This document shows, one piece after another, positions 27,758 through 37,848 of a stretch of DNA of 64,000 nucleotides. The position numbers and the translations under genes are program-made. Each line of letters starts with the position of its first letter. Within the stretch, counting starts at the first letter, position 1. The notes under the pieces were generated by a model. That model searched no databases. It worked only from the letters and a program-made list of their open reading frames with translations, and was not told the origin of the DNA. The DNA is from Candidatus Microgenomates bacterium (GTDB lineage: Bacteria > Patescibacteriota > Microgenomatia > UBA8517). The stretch is taken from NCBI GenBank assembly GCA_016784385.1, contig JADHUT010000003.1, positions 2,923 to 66,922 of the forward strand, written 5' to 3'.

Positions 27758-27799
27758 TATTACAGAATTATAACAGAATTATGACAGAGTTGTCAATAA

Positions 27800-28264
27800 T
27801 CACACCTTCCACATTCTTTCTTCATCTTTCTCTGACATATTCTCATCAAACATTTTAATATCAGTTAACTTTATTTTGTGGAGTTTTGATTTCCATACTT
27901 TTGAAAAAGTTTTAAACGTTAAAGGGGGTACGTCTAAATGTCTTTTGTTCCATGCAATAATCACTTCTTTTACTTCAGTAATTGAATTTATTTTTGTGGC
28001 CAGTCCCCGAGCTTGAAAACCAACCTTTTTGTCTGAAGCTTTTTGTCTACTGTCTGCAATAGTTATGGAAACTTTTGGGTTTTTGGCAATATTTTTACAA
28101 TGTATCGTATTTGGTGATCCCAAAAAATAAAAATTAAATTCTTCATCAAATAAATAATATACAGATGCAGCCCAAGGTTCTTTGTAATAAGTTCCCAGAG
28201 ACATTAGCTTGTAGTTTTTTAAATAATTCAAAACTTCCTTTTTGTGTTTGCTTGTTAATTTCAT
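27800..28264 (-). CDS. PNPOx-like FMN-binding split-barrel protein (pyridoxamine 5'-phosphate oxidase family).
   Basis: 154 aa with LMSLGTYYKEPWAASVYYLFDEEFNFYFLGSPNTIHCKNIAKNPKVSITI, the typical PNPOx-like N-terminal pattern. Confidence 0.45.
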   Translation of the reverse strand: MKLTSKHKKEVLNYLKNYKLMSLGTYYKEPWAASVYYLFDEEFNFYFLGSPNTIHCKNIAKNPKVSITIADSRQKASDKKVGFQARGLATKINSITEVKEVIIAWNKRHLDVPPLTFKTFSKVWKSKLHKIKLTDIKMFDENMSEKDEERMWKV

Positions 28265-28267
28265 GGG

Positions 28268-29152
28268 CTAATTATACTTACTAGTCATATATTTCCAATA
28301 CCCAACAGGGAAATGAAGGGCACTAAAAAAACTCCAAAGAAATCCAGCAACGCCGTCGAGAACTCCCTTGTGTCTGAAATATAGAATTACAAATGTATAT
28401 ATTGGTTTGTAAACTGTGTATATCAAGAAACTCCAGATATTCTTTCTTGTTTTGTCTTTCTTTAGTTCTTGTGCTTTTAAATCAGTGTAGCGATTCATTC
28501 TAGCAAAATATCTTGTAAGTGTTGGGGAATCGTAATGCAGTAAATCATTTTCCAACCATCCTACTTTTCCATCAAGTTTGATTTGTTCATGCACACTAAG
28601 TTGCGGAAACTTGGCGTATCCATTTTTTACTAGTCTTATTACCCCGTCAGGGTAAACTCCTGCGTGTATTAGTGGCTTACCTAAAAACATATTTGCTCTT
28701 GGGAGAAAATATCCAACTACTTCTCCACTCTCCGTACCAATTGCTCCATCGCGCTGTTGTATTAGTTCCTGATGACGTTTAAAAAGTTTAGCTTTTCTTG
28801 AATTATTTACTTTTGGTGGTATCTTGTTTACTACTGCCAGGATTTCTCTTCCTAGTTTGGCAGTTACAACCTCGTCTGCATCAAGTTGCAGTATCCATTC
28901 CCCACTGGCTTTGTCTAGCGCCTTTTGTTTTGTGATATGAAAAATATTGTGGTGTGGTTCTAAAAATACTTTTGCCCCGTGACTTTTTGCTCTCTCAACA
29001 GTTTTGTCTGTTGAGTGCTCGTCCACAACAATTATCTCATCTGCGATATCGCTCACTGATTCCAAACATCTTTTTATGTTTTCTTCTTCATTCCGGGTTG
29101 CCAGTACTACAGACAACATGGGTTTATTTTTATTTGATTTATTCTTTGTCAT
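28268..29152 (-). CDS. Glycosyltransferase family 2.
   Basis: LSVVLATRNEEENIKRCLESV...EIIVVDEHSTDKT and a DxD motif in QLDADEVV. Confidence 0.75.
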   Translation of the reverse strand: MTKNKSNKNKPMLSVVLATRNEEENIKRCLESVSDIADEIIVVDEHSTDKTVERAKSHGAKVFLEPHHNIFHITKQKALDKASGEWILQLDADEVVTAKLGREILAVVNKIPPKVNNSRKAKLFKRHQELIQQRDGAIGTESGEVVGYFLPRANMFLGKPLIHAGVYPDGVIRLVKNGYAKFPQLSVHEQIKLDGKVGWLENDLLHYDSPTLTRYFARMNRYTDLKAQELKKDKTRKNIWSFLIYTVYKPIYTFVILYFRHKGVLDGVAGFLWSFFSALHFPVGYWKYMTSKYN

Positions 29153-30786
29153 TAATATTTTGGTAATAACAGATAAAATGCATTTGACCCGTTTGGATAT
29201 TTTACCAGTTTAGCAACCTCAAAGTTAGGTTTATGAAAAAGTCCATCGTATACACTAGGATTTACTACATACAGTACTCCATCAGCAGGCTGACTTTGAT
29301 ACTGGTCCCAATCAAACCTATATATACCAAAGGATGATACCAAGTTAGATGGACGGCTTTCAGTTTGGTTGTATTTAACTGTTTCTAAATACTCGGGTAG
29401 TGGTACTTTGAGATAATAAAGATAGAAAATGTAAGGTTGCATGAAAGCATCAGTCATATACACTCGATACAACACCTCTTCATTTTTTGTAAACTCAACA
29501 ATTTCTTTCATTCCATATACCCACTCTATTGCATATTTCTCTGCATACTCACCATAATAACTTTTCAAATAATTTCTGAAGGGGATTATCATTGCTAAAA
29601 CAATTAAAACAGAACTCAATACTCGGGCGTATTTATTTTTAAAAAGTGTGATTAACACAAACGCCCCATATGCAATAATTAGAGTCCAGCTTCCTGTCAA
29701 AAACATCGCCCTTGCTGCATGAGGCATATCACTACTAACCGCTCCCGGAAGTGGAGCAAGGAGTATCCATGCAATCAAAACCAGCATTTGTTTGTTTTTT
29801 TTAACCAACAACCTCCATAAAATTGCCAATAGTCCAACTATCAACAACGGCAAGTCTAACCAATAAAAAGTACCCACACTTTGGATTGAATGGCGAGGGT
29901 TTGAATCTCCTGAAATAAACAAAAACTCAGATTGAAAGTATTTTTTGTAACGACCAAATACGATCTCTGACATCCCAGACATTTCATTACTAGTTTTTTT
30001 ATAAATAGAAGTCTCTTCAATCTCATTTTTTGGAATTTGATTTTGCTTCAACCTCTCACCTCCCAATAACTGGGGTTTTATAAACAGTAGGCTTATAAAA
30101 AAAGCATAAATTGCCAGTCCACAAAAAAACTGTTTTTTGCTTTTAAGTAGTTTTTTAATATTAATAGTAGCCAAAAGAAGCACCAATGGTGGAGTTACAA
30201 CCTTTGCACTTTGATAAGTCAGCAAATCTATGCCAAAAAGTAAAAACGAAATCCAAATATAATTTTTTCCTTTGCTTCTCAATCCTTTGTAAAAAAGAAA
30301 GGTCCCTGCAAGAAAGAAAAATATCGCAAAGTTAAGCTCATGGTTAAATCTAGAAAACTGGATGTTGTAAGGAGATATTGCTAGAAAAAAACTTGCCAGC
30401 AGCCCCACTTTATCACTTTTAAATATCTCCCTTGCCAAAAAAAATATTGCGATTACATTCAGCACTCCAAAAAAAGCAGCAGAAGCCCTAGTTGCATAAT
30501 CATTAAGGCCAAATAGTCCTACAAAGGGAGCTGTCAGGTAAACATGTACAGGATTTTTGTCATCACCAAAAGACTTGAAAGTAATGGGGAGAGTTTTACC
30601 CCACTCATCTTTACCCCAATGAATAATAGTGTAAGCATTATAGCCAACTGATGCTTCATCCCATGTAATTGATGGTGGGTATTTATCCAACTGAACAAAC
30701 CTCGTCAGGATAGAAATCAATACTATTACGCCAAGCATTATATTGACTATCTTTTTACTACGCAGTAGCAAGCTTTGCTTATTCAT
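29152..30786 (-). CDS. ArnT/PMT-like (GT39/GT83-type) GT-C glycosyltransferase, copy 4 of a four-gene tandem array.
   Basis: ITWDEASVGYNAYTIIHWGKDEWGKTLPITFKSFGDDKNPVHVYLTAPF, the DE-loop signature of ArnT/PMT, with more than 10 TM helices. Shares a 1-nt start/stop overlap with its neighbours. Confidence 0.7.
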   Translation of the reverse strand: MNKQSLLLRSKKIVNIMLGVIVLISILTRFVQLDKYPPSITWDEASVGYNAYTIIHWGKDEWGKTLPITFKSFGDDKNPVHVYLTAPFVGLFGLNDYATRASAAFFGVLNVIAIFFLAREIFKSDKVGLLASFFLAISPYNIQFSRFNHELNFAIFFFLAGTFLFYKGLRSKGKNYIWISFLLFGIDLLTYQSAKVVTPPLVLLLATINIKKLLKSKKQFFCGLAIYAFFISLLFIKPQLLGGERLKQNQIPKNEIEETSIYKKTSNEMSGMSEIVFGRYKKYFQSEFLFISGDSNPRHSIQSVGTFYWLDLPLLIVGLLAILWRLLVKKNKQMLVLIAWILLAPLPGAVSSDMPHAARAMFLTGSWTLIIAYGAFVLITLFKNKYARVLSSVLIVLAMIIPFRNYLKSYYGEYAEKYAIEWVYGMKEIVEFTKNEEVLYRVYMTDAFMQPYIFYLYYLKVPLPEYLETVKYNQTESRPSNLVSSFGIYRFDWDQYQSQPADGVLYVVNPSVYDGLFHKPNFEVAKLVKYPNGSNAFYLLLPKY

Positions 30787-32186
30787 TAGAAATTTTCACA
30801 ACTCTTTGGAAAAGTATAATTTCCAAATGATGCCACAGTAGAAAAACCCCAATCTGAAACATCATTCAATACCTTCGTGCTTATAAAGTCATTGGAATTA
30901 ACCCTATTGTAAAACAATGCAAAAATGTAGGGTTGTGCATATTCATCACTCACACAACCTCCTTCACTACTCTCAAAAATTTGCTTGTACTCAGATTGCC
31001 AAGCACTTGAAGACAAATCATTATAAATAGTTCCAAATTTATAAAAATATCCTTCGAAAGATAATAAATACAAAGCAATAACAACCACCATTACTAACCT
31101 TTTTTGACTTTTAAAGCGCTTAAGCAAAAAATAAATACCCATCGCAGAAATTGTAACCAACACAGGAGACAAAAATATTACCCTCAGTGCATGTGGACTC
31201 TCTCTTGTAATGGCTGCAGGTATTGGAGCTAAAATTAAAGCTATTAAAATATACAAAATTTTAAAGTCTTTTCTTTTAAATATATAAATCAACCCCAGCA
31301 ATATAAACACACTGTCCAATAAATAAAGTTGTGGACTACCCGGCACTTGGCTTCTGGGGTTTGTGTCTCCATTAACAAACAAAAAGTCTGGGGAATAATT
31401 TTTGAAATAATTACTTACTAAATTTTTGGTTGTCCCCACAGTTTGTAGCCTACTAAGGCCGGAATCTTGAGAGTACAACTTATAAATTGGAATCAAACTT
31501 GCCAGTATCAAGAACGCAGAAAACAGCAGTAACAACAGTTCATTTTTTTTACTTTTCTTTTTTCTAGTTGAAAATGCAAAACTAATTAAAATTGGACCCA
31601 GAAACAGCGGAGTTAATATTCGAAAACTATTATAACTGTATGATGACGCCAGAAAAAAAATAACTGAAGGGATAATCAACCATTTTTTATGGTCTGATTG
31701 CAGCCAGAAAAATATTGCCCAAAGAAAAAAGGCCAGTCCTGCAACTGCTTCATAACCAGTTCTTGAAAATATTAAAAACCAAGGAGTAATGGTAAACAAA
31801 AACGAAGAAAGAAGAGAAATTGTTTTACTTTTGGTTAAGTTCATTACAAGCAAATAAAGTCCCAGTACTGAGAAAAATCCATAAATAACTGAGGGAAGTC
31901 TCACCGCAAAAGCAGTTAAACCAAAAATAGCTTCCGAAACCACAACTGAATAAACATAAACAGGAAGCTTAAACTCTCCAAAGGCTCTAAAGTGAAGTGG
32001 TAATACCTCACCCCACTCATCTTTACCAGTAGTTAAAACTGAATAGGCATTATAGCCAATGGAGGCTTCATCCCAATACAAGGATCCTGGAATCTCACTG
32101 ATTCTAAATAACCTTGAGAATAAAAACAACGAAAGTATTAAAATCAAAACAAAATTAGGTCTCAAAAAACTGATTATTTTCTTCAT
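30786..32186 (-). CDS. ArnT/PMT-like GT-C glycosyltransferase, copy 3 of the tandem array.
   Basis: LYWDEASIGYNAYSVLTTGKDEWGEVLPLHFRAFGEFKLPVYVY, a paralog of its neighbours. Confidence 0.7.
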   Translation of the reverse strand: MKKIISFLRPNFVLILILSLFLFSRLFRISEIPGSLYWDEASIGYNAYSVLTTGKDEWGEVLPLHFRAFGEFKLPVYVYSVVVSEAIFGLTAFAVRLPSVIYGFFSVLGLYLLVMNLTKSKTISLLSSFLFTITPWFLIFSRTGYEAVAGLAFFLWAIFFWLQSDHKKWLIIPSVIFFLASSYSYNSFRILTPLFLGPILISFAFSTRKKKSKKNELLLLLFSAFLILASLIPIYKLYSQDSGLSRLQTVGTTKNLVSNYFKNYSPDFLFVNGDTNPRSQVPGSPQLYLLDSVFILLGLIYIFKRKDFKILYILIALILAPIPAAITRESPHALRVIFLSPVLVTISAMGIYFLLKRFKSQKRLVMVVVIALYLLSFEGYFYKFGTIYNDLSSSAWQSEYKQIFESSEGGCVSDEYAQPYIFALFYNRVNSNDFISTKVLNDVSDWGFSTVASFGNYTFPKSCENF

Positions 32187-33919
32187 TGATTATCAACTAT
32201 CTCAAATGCCCCGTCCCCATTTAAGAAATTTACTCTTTCCAACACCTCTACATATTCAGGAAAATCTCCAGGTTTACCTATGAACAAAATCTTTTTATCA
32301 GAATTATCTTTTACAATATCATCATACTTTGATCCTTCATCCCCTAGATCTGGAAAATAATATTTATCAAACCGCAACACTCTCACCCAGTCATATGTTT
32401 CAAATCTTTCTAAATTAGAAATACTTTGGAACTTGGCAGGATCATACGCAAGATTAAAAAGTGTAAAAATATGCGGCTCCCCATAGCTCCTTGTAAAAGT
32501 AACTAGATCATATTTATCTTGGTTGTCTTTTATATACCCAACAACCTGTTTATTGCCATACTGCCAATCGCGTGAATAGCTGATTGGGTATTTAACAAAC
32601 AAACTGTTTAGGAAAATGTAGAAATTGACAGCAAACAAGACTGAACCAACAACCAATGTATTTTTAATTAATTTTTTACCAGCAATGCCGGCCAGGCTTT
32701 GCTTATTCTTTACATTTTTTGCAAAATAATATATACCAACTGCCGTCAATATTTGGTAAACAGGTACTGCAATCAGGGTTCTAAGAGCATTTGGAATACT
32801 GTCATTAGTCATTGAAACTGGAATGAAAGCTATCAGTAACCAAGGTAGTAGAATTTTCAAACTACTACTTTTTTTCTTCAGAAGTATATATAAACCATAT
32901 AACAAAAATGGAGCTTGGAACCAATAAAGCTCACCAACACCTTGAACATGGTGTTGTTTGTGGCCAGCACCGTCAACAAACAAAAAGTTTGGAGTAAAGT
33001 GTGTTAAATAATTTTTTGAAAAATAGAAAGTATTGTATGTATACCTATTGTTAATTAACTTATTTATGACAAATGGAAGTTTTGAATTATTTCTTCTCTC
33101 CTCTATTCTAGGAATTAGCCCTGCATCATCGGTAATGCTAACTAATTTATATCTAGCACTTGCTTCCCCTGAAAGAACAAATGGAATCAATGGGGCCATC
33201 AAAATTATCATCAACACTCCCGATATTAATGACCATTTTTTGTGTTTCCAAAAAAACTTTCTGTAAAAAATTGCAACTACCAAAAGAAACAATGGTGTAA
33301 ACACTCTGGCACTATTGTAAGTATAAATAGAAATAGCAAAAGGAATCATCGACAAAACAATCCATTTCAACTGTTTACCCCTACCTTTCAATCCCTTAAC
33401 CCAAAACCACAACCCCATCAGTATCCAAAACAACGAGAAAGACGATTCAAAAGAACCTCTTGTCAGTTGTATATGCCAAGGAGAAATTGCTAGTAAGAAT
33501 GCGGCCATCAAAGAAATCTTTTCTCTTTCTTTCCTCGATATTATTTTCAATTCCTTTTTAGGGAGGTTATTCAACATCTCTAAAAGCAGAAAATACAAAA
33601 GAAGAACTGACAGGGTTCCGTAAACCACAGGAGTAATCCTGACCCCAAACTCATTTAATCCAAATATAGCAATGCCAGGGATTGACCCGTATATTTGAGC
33701 AGGGAGTTTGTATTCTCCAAAGGATCTGAAATGTAGTGGCATAAACATTCCCCATTCATCTTTCCCGGTTTTTAAAATTGAGTATGCATTATATGCAATT
33801 GAGGTTTCATCCCAATTGAGAGATGGTGGAATTGAGGTAACTTTATAAACTCTCAAAAAAAAGCTTAAAGAAATGATTGCTAATAAAAAAAATTTAGTTA
33901 TTTTCGTGCTCATTATCAT
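32183..33919 (-). CDS. ArnT/PMT-like GT-C glycosyltransferase, copy 2 of the tandem array.
   Basis: LNWDETSIAYNAYSILKTGKDEWGMFMPLHFRSFGEYKLPAQIY. Overlaps its neighbours by 4 nt. Confidence 0.7.
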   Translation of the reverse strand: MIMSTKITKFFLLAIISLSFFLRVYKVTSIPPSLNWDETSIAYNAYSILKTGKDEWGMFMPLHFRSFGEYKLPAQIYGSIPGIAIFGLNEFGVRITPVVYGTLSVLLLYFLLLEMLNNLPKKELKIISRKEREKISLMAAFLLAISPWHIQLTRGSFESSFSLFWILMGLWFWVKGLKGRGKQLKWIVLSMIPFAISIYTYNSARVFTPLFLLVVAIFYRKFFWKHKKWSLISGVLMIILMAPLIPFVLSGEASARYKLVSITDDAGLIPRIEERRNNSKLPFVINKLINNRYTYNTFYFSKNYLTHFTPNFLFVDGAGHKQHHVQGVGELYWFQAPFLLYGLYILLKKKSSSLKILLPWLLIAFIPVSMTNDSIPNALRTLIAVPVYQILTAVGIYYFAKNVKNKQSLAGIAGKKLIKNTLVVGSVLFAVNFYIFLNSLFVKYPISYSRDWQYGNKQVVGYIKDNQDKYDLVTFTRSYGEPHIFTLFNLAYDPAKFQSISNLERFETYDWVRVLRFDKYYFPDLGDEGSKYDDIVKDNSDKKILFIGKPGDFPEYVEVLERVNFLNGDGAFEIVDNQ

Positions 33920-35418
33920 TCAATAATCAAAGTGTTTTTATCCTGCTGCATATTTTCAATATCGTCAGTAATAATTACATTACCATAAGTTTTTGGGAAG
34001 TAACCATATTGGGAAATAACCTCAACAGGATCAATACCTGCATATACTGGAAAACCATATTCTATGTTGTCAATTTTTGTAGACAAAACAACAGTTTCGT
34101 AGTTGTTTTTTTGTTCTAATGCCTCAAGAGTTGTTTCATATGCTCCCTTTGACCAAAAGCCGGCAAACTTATTAGGTGCTAAAAAGTAAACTGCAGACAA
34201 AACAAAAATAAGCTGAATTCCAATCAAACCAGCTGAAATCAAAACCATTTTTTTATTTAATTTTGAGAATGCATATGCAGTAATTAAGATAAAAGGTGGA
34301 ATCATAAAAGCATTTCGAAGTCCGTGGGTTTGACCTAAAAACATTGTGGCCAGTGGAACTATTAGAATCCATTTAACTAAAAACAAAAACTTATTTTTAT
34401 CATTTTTGAAGATTAAATATAGTCCTGCAAACAGAAGTGGTAATTCAACTAAATAAAACATTCCCCATTCTCCTGGATTGTGTCGTGGATTTCTATCACC
34501 CCTAAGATATAAAAAATCGAGAGAAATATTCTCCATGTAATTATCCAAAAGTAGCCGGGAGTAATTGAGTGGCTTGTTATAAAATATTGGCCTGATTAGC
34601 TCAGGTAATGTGGACATTTCTCTTTCACTATTCACTTTTTGAATAATACTTTCCTTAGTGGCTGAATCTGAAAAGATGTTAAGTCTTAAAAACCTCTCCT
34701 CACTTGTTCCTTTTAGGGTTTCATTAACAGATAACCCACCAAAAATTGCCAATATAACTACGGAAATAATAAATAATTTGTTTTTTAAAATTTTTATGTA
34801 ATTAGTCTTTGTTGTTGATCCACTAAAAAACAAAAGGACTAAAAAGATAAATGGTAGGGTCAGTTTAAAAGTTGGATAGGTAAATATTGCCAAACCCCAC
34901 GCAATTGCCATTGGGATATATTTTTTGTACAAGAACATAACTACTCCAAAAGTAGCTAAAAACAATGCGAAATGTGCTTCAAACCCCCCTCTACTTAAAT
35001 AAATGTCCCAAAGTGAAATTGATGTCAAAAAAGATGCAATTAACCCCACTTTCTCACCAAATAACTTCCTGCCCAGAAAATACATCAACACAATCATCCC
35101 CAGACCTGAAATAATCGATAAACCCCTAACTCCCCAAGCTGTTGGCCCAAAAAGAGCTACAAAAGGAATCGAGCCATATACATAACCAGGAGGCCTTCCT
35201 GCTCCCATCTTAAAGGTAACGGGCAAACTTTCTCCTGTTTGGTCCTTACCTGTCTTTAAAAGTGAATAGGCGTCGTAAACTATTGTTAATTCATCACCAT
35301 AAAGAGGCATTGAGTTTAATTTATAAGCGGAGCTTGCAAGGTCTGCGACCTTATAGACTCTGAGCACAAGTCCCAATACAAGAATGCTCAGAATTAATAG
35401 TATAGATTTTCTTCTCAT
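33916..35418 (-). CDS. ArnT/PMT-like GT-C glycosyltransferase, copy 1 of the tandem array.
   Basis: YGDELTIVYDAYSLLKTGKDQTGESLPVTFKMGAGRPPGYVY. It is the first gene of the four-gene operon. Confidence 0.65.
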   Translation of the reverse strand: MRRKSILLILSILVLGLVLRVYKVADLASSAYKLNSMPLYGDELTIVYDAYSLLKTGKDQTGESLPVTFKMGAGRPPGYVYGSIPFVALFGPTAWGVRGLSIISGLGMIVLMYFLGRKLFGEKVGLIASFLTSISLWDIYLSRGGFEAHFALFLATFGVVMFLYKKYIPMAIAWGLAIFTYPTFKLTLPFIFLVLLFFSGSTTKTNYIKILKNKLFIISVVILAIFGGLSVNETLKGTSEERFLRLNIFSDSATKESIIQKVNSEREMSTLPELIRPIFYNKPLNYSRLLLDNYMENISLDFLYLRGDRNPRHNPGEWGMFYLVELPLLFAGLYLIFKNDKNKFLFLVKWILIVPLATMFLGQTHGLRNAFMIPPFILITAYAFSKLNKKMVLISAGLIGIQLIFVLSAVYFLAPNKFAGFWSKGAYETTLEALEQKNNYETVVLSTKIDNIEYGFPVYAGIDPVEVISQYGYFPKTYGNVIITDDIENMQQDKNTLIIE

Positions 35419-35442
35419 GTATTAATTGTATATAATTTAATC

Positions 35443-37281
35443 ATGGAAAGCATATTGATGGGTTCTATTGTTGGTTTTACTACCCTAACTCTGCTTTCCT
35501 ACATACTAATTGTACTAAATATTCCTGCACTAATCATACCAATCACTATTTTAATTATTTTTTTTGGGTTTAAACCTTTCGTTAAGAGAGTCAAAAACTT
35601 AAAATTTACTCTCAATAAAAAAACTATTTTAGTATTACTAGTCTTCACGCTCGGAATATTAGGACAACTTGCAGTAATTTCCCCTTCTGGAGTATTTCAA
35701 AGCGGGGATCTGCTCTTTTGGAGTGCCCACGGCCACGATGGCATGTGGCACATAGCTCTGATGGAGGAAATGAAAAAAGGTTGGCCACTTTCAAATCCAA
35801 TATTCGCAGGAGAAAAGCTGGTTAACTACCACTTTTTCTCGGACCTTCTTCCTGCAATGGTGTCTAAATTCACCCCCCTAACCAACTTGAACCTGTATTT
35901 TAGAATTTTTCCATTTTTTTATTCACTATTTTTAGGAGCATCAGCTTTCTTTTTGACAAAAAAGATCACAAAAAGTTTCCCAGCTTCCATTTGGGCAACA
36001 ATTTTCACCTACTTTGCAGGTAGTTTTGGATTTATATTAACCTACATCAAAAATAAAACTATTGGTGGAGAAAGCATCTTCTGGGCAACACAACCACAAA
36101 GCTCCAGTGGTAATCCTCCACAAATAATTTCAAACTTCTTGTTTCTATCTGCAATTTACTTTGTATATGTTTATTTAGGACAAAAACAAAAAAGAAGCAA
36201 AGTAATTAATTTTTTGATTTGTGTCGTCCTTCTGGGGACTATTTCATCTTTTAAAATATACGGCGGAGTAGTTCTTCTGGGATCACTTGCTCTTATTGGA
36301 ACCTGGCGTCTAGTCAAAGATAGGGATCCTAAACTATTTGTACTATCTTTAATCAGTGGAATTTTGGCACTTATTCTTTACTTACCAAATACTTCCAACT
36401 CCACATCATTTTTAATATATAAGCCTTGGTGGTACATACGAACAATGATAGTAGAGCCCTCCAGACTTAACCTCCTAGATTGGGAGTTGAGAAGGCAAAC
36501 TTATATTTATGAACACAATTGGAAAAGAGTGGTTTGGCTAGAAGGAATGGGATTTATTATATTTTTCTTTGGGAACTTAGGTATGAGATTTTTAGGGCTC
36601 TGGGAATTTGTAAAATCAAAAGCAATTTTTAAGGTCTCCATAGTTCTTTCATTAGTACTCCCCCTTATATTTTTGCAAAAAGGAGTTGCAAGTAACACTA
36701 GTCAATTTTTGCAGTATTTTGTACTTATGTTTGGAATACTGGCAGGGGTTGCTGTATCTAAAATTACCAAACCTAAAAGATTTAAGTTTTTAATCCCCAT
36801 CATTATTGTATTGATGATTCCGACCCAGGTTGGACTACTCAATGAATTTTATTCAAGACCTGCATTTGCTAAGGTCTCTTCTGAAGAATTAACCGCACTT
36901 GAGTTTGTAAAACAAAACACAAGTGAAGATTCTATAATTCTTACACCACCATACAATCAATATTTAAATCTTGGGAGTGTTACACCAAATATTTGGGATT
37001 GGTTTGATACCAGTTATGTTTCAGCACTAACTTCCCGTCACACATTCTTTGACGATTACGAACAGGTTGACATCATGGGGTACGACTATAGACTAAGACT
37101 AGAAGTTAAAAAAATCATCTTTGAAAGTGAAGATGTTGAAATTGTCAAAAAAGCATTTGATTCTACAAACGCTAGTATATTATATTTTCCCAAAGAAACA
37201 CCTCCGCAAATTGATCCAGGATTACTTAACTTGACCAAAACTTTTGAAAATGAAATTATAGAAGTCTGGAAAACAAATTAG
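35443..37281 (+). CDS. Large polytopic membrane protein of 612 aa, unassigned GT-C-like family; a paralog of the gene at 54666..56435.
   Basis: Shares a conserved loop with 54666..56435: SGDLLFWSAHGHDGMWHIALMEEMKKGWPLSNPIFAGEKLVNYHFFSDLL versus GFWGPNGHDGIWHIALAKSFSRTLTLDNPVFAGEVLKNYHLGFDLL. About 13 TM helices precede a C-terminal soluble domain of about 150 aa. Confidence 0.5.
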   Translation: MESILMGSIVGFTTLTLLSYILIVLNIPALIIPITILIIFFGFKPFVKRVKNLKFTLNKKTILVLLVFTLGILGQLAVISPSGVFQSGDLLFWSAHGHDGMWHIALMEEMKKGWPLSNPIFAGEKLVNYHFFSDLLPAMVSKFTPLTNLNLYFRIFPFFYSLFLGASAFFLTKKITKSFPASIWATIFTYFAGSFGFILTYIKNKTIGGESIFWATQPQSSSGNPPQIISNFLFLSAIYFVYVYLGQKQKRSKVINFLICVVLLGTISSFKIYGGVVLLGSLALIGTWRLVKDRDPKLFVLSLISGILALILYLPNTSNSTSFLIYKPWWYIRTMIVEPSRLNLLDWELRRQTYIYEHNWKRVVWLEGMGFIIFFFGNLGMRFLGLWEFVKSKAIFKVSIVLSLVLPLIFLQKGVASNTSQFLQYFVLMFGILAGVAVSKITKPKRFKFLIPIIIVLMIPTQVGLLNEFYSRPAFAKVSSEELTALEFVKQNTSEDSIILTPPYNQYLNLGSVTPNIWDWFDTSYVSALTSRHTFFDDYEQVDIMGYDYRLRLEVKKIIFESEDVEIVKKAFDSTNASILYFPKETPPQIDPGLLNLTKTFENEIIEVWKTN

Positions 37282-37831
37282 AATATACTCTCTTTACAAT
37301 TTCCCATTTTGTACTTGGTTTATGGAAGGTGACAAGTGGAACTCCACCCTCTTTAGTTTCCTCACCGTAAGTGTAGTTTAATACTTCACCTGTGGGTTCA
37401 ATTATAAATACTTCAATAGTCTCACCTAGCCCTGAATCTGGAGATGAAAGGGTGAAGTTGTATTTTACGTCTGCAGAATCATTAATTGGTTCAAACACAA
37501 ATTTAACAAAATCTCCATCTTCAATATTTTTACCACTCAACAGAGAAGTTCTCAATAAAGTATTGTTTTCATCATAAAGATTGAGAATAATTTCTTTTTT
37601 ATTTTTCAAGTTTGGATTTCTAATAGAAGTTGCAACTGCAGTTAGGTTCTTCTCTCTTGAAACAAACTCTTGTTTTATATCTCTTTCCTTATAAATTGAA
37701 AGTCTTATATCATATTTGTAACCGGGCTGAACCCCTGACGGAGTCATATTAATAGTAGAAGCCATTAGTGCAGGAAAAACAAAAATTACAAATAATATAA
37801 ATGTTGTTGTAAACCAAATTAATTTTTTCAT
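37256..37831 (-). CDS. Small secreted protein, function unknown.
   Basis: The signal/TM segment LIWFTTTFILFVIFVFPALMAS is followed by a beta-rich region with N-x-T/S sequons. Its 3' end overlaps the convergent 35443..37281 gene by 26 nt. Confidence 0.4.
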   Translation of the reverse strand: MKKLIWFTTTFILFVIFVFPALMASTINMTPSGVQPGYKYDIRLSIYKERDIKQEFVSREKNLTAVATSIRNPNLKNKKEIILNLYDENNTLLRTSLLSGKNIEDGDFVKFVFEPINDSADVKYNFTLSSPDSGLGETIEVFIIEPTGEVLNYTYGEETKEGGVPLVTFHKPSTKWEIVKRVYSNLFSRLL

Positions 37832-37848
37832 TTTATAATGTTTTTTAT

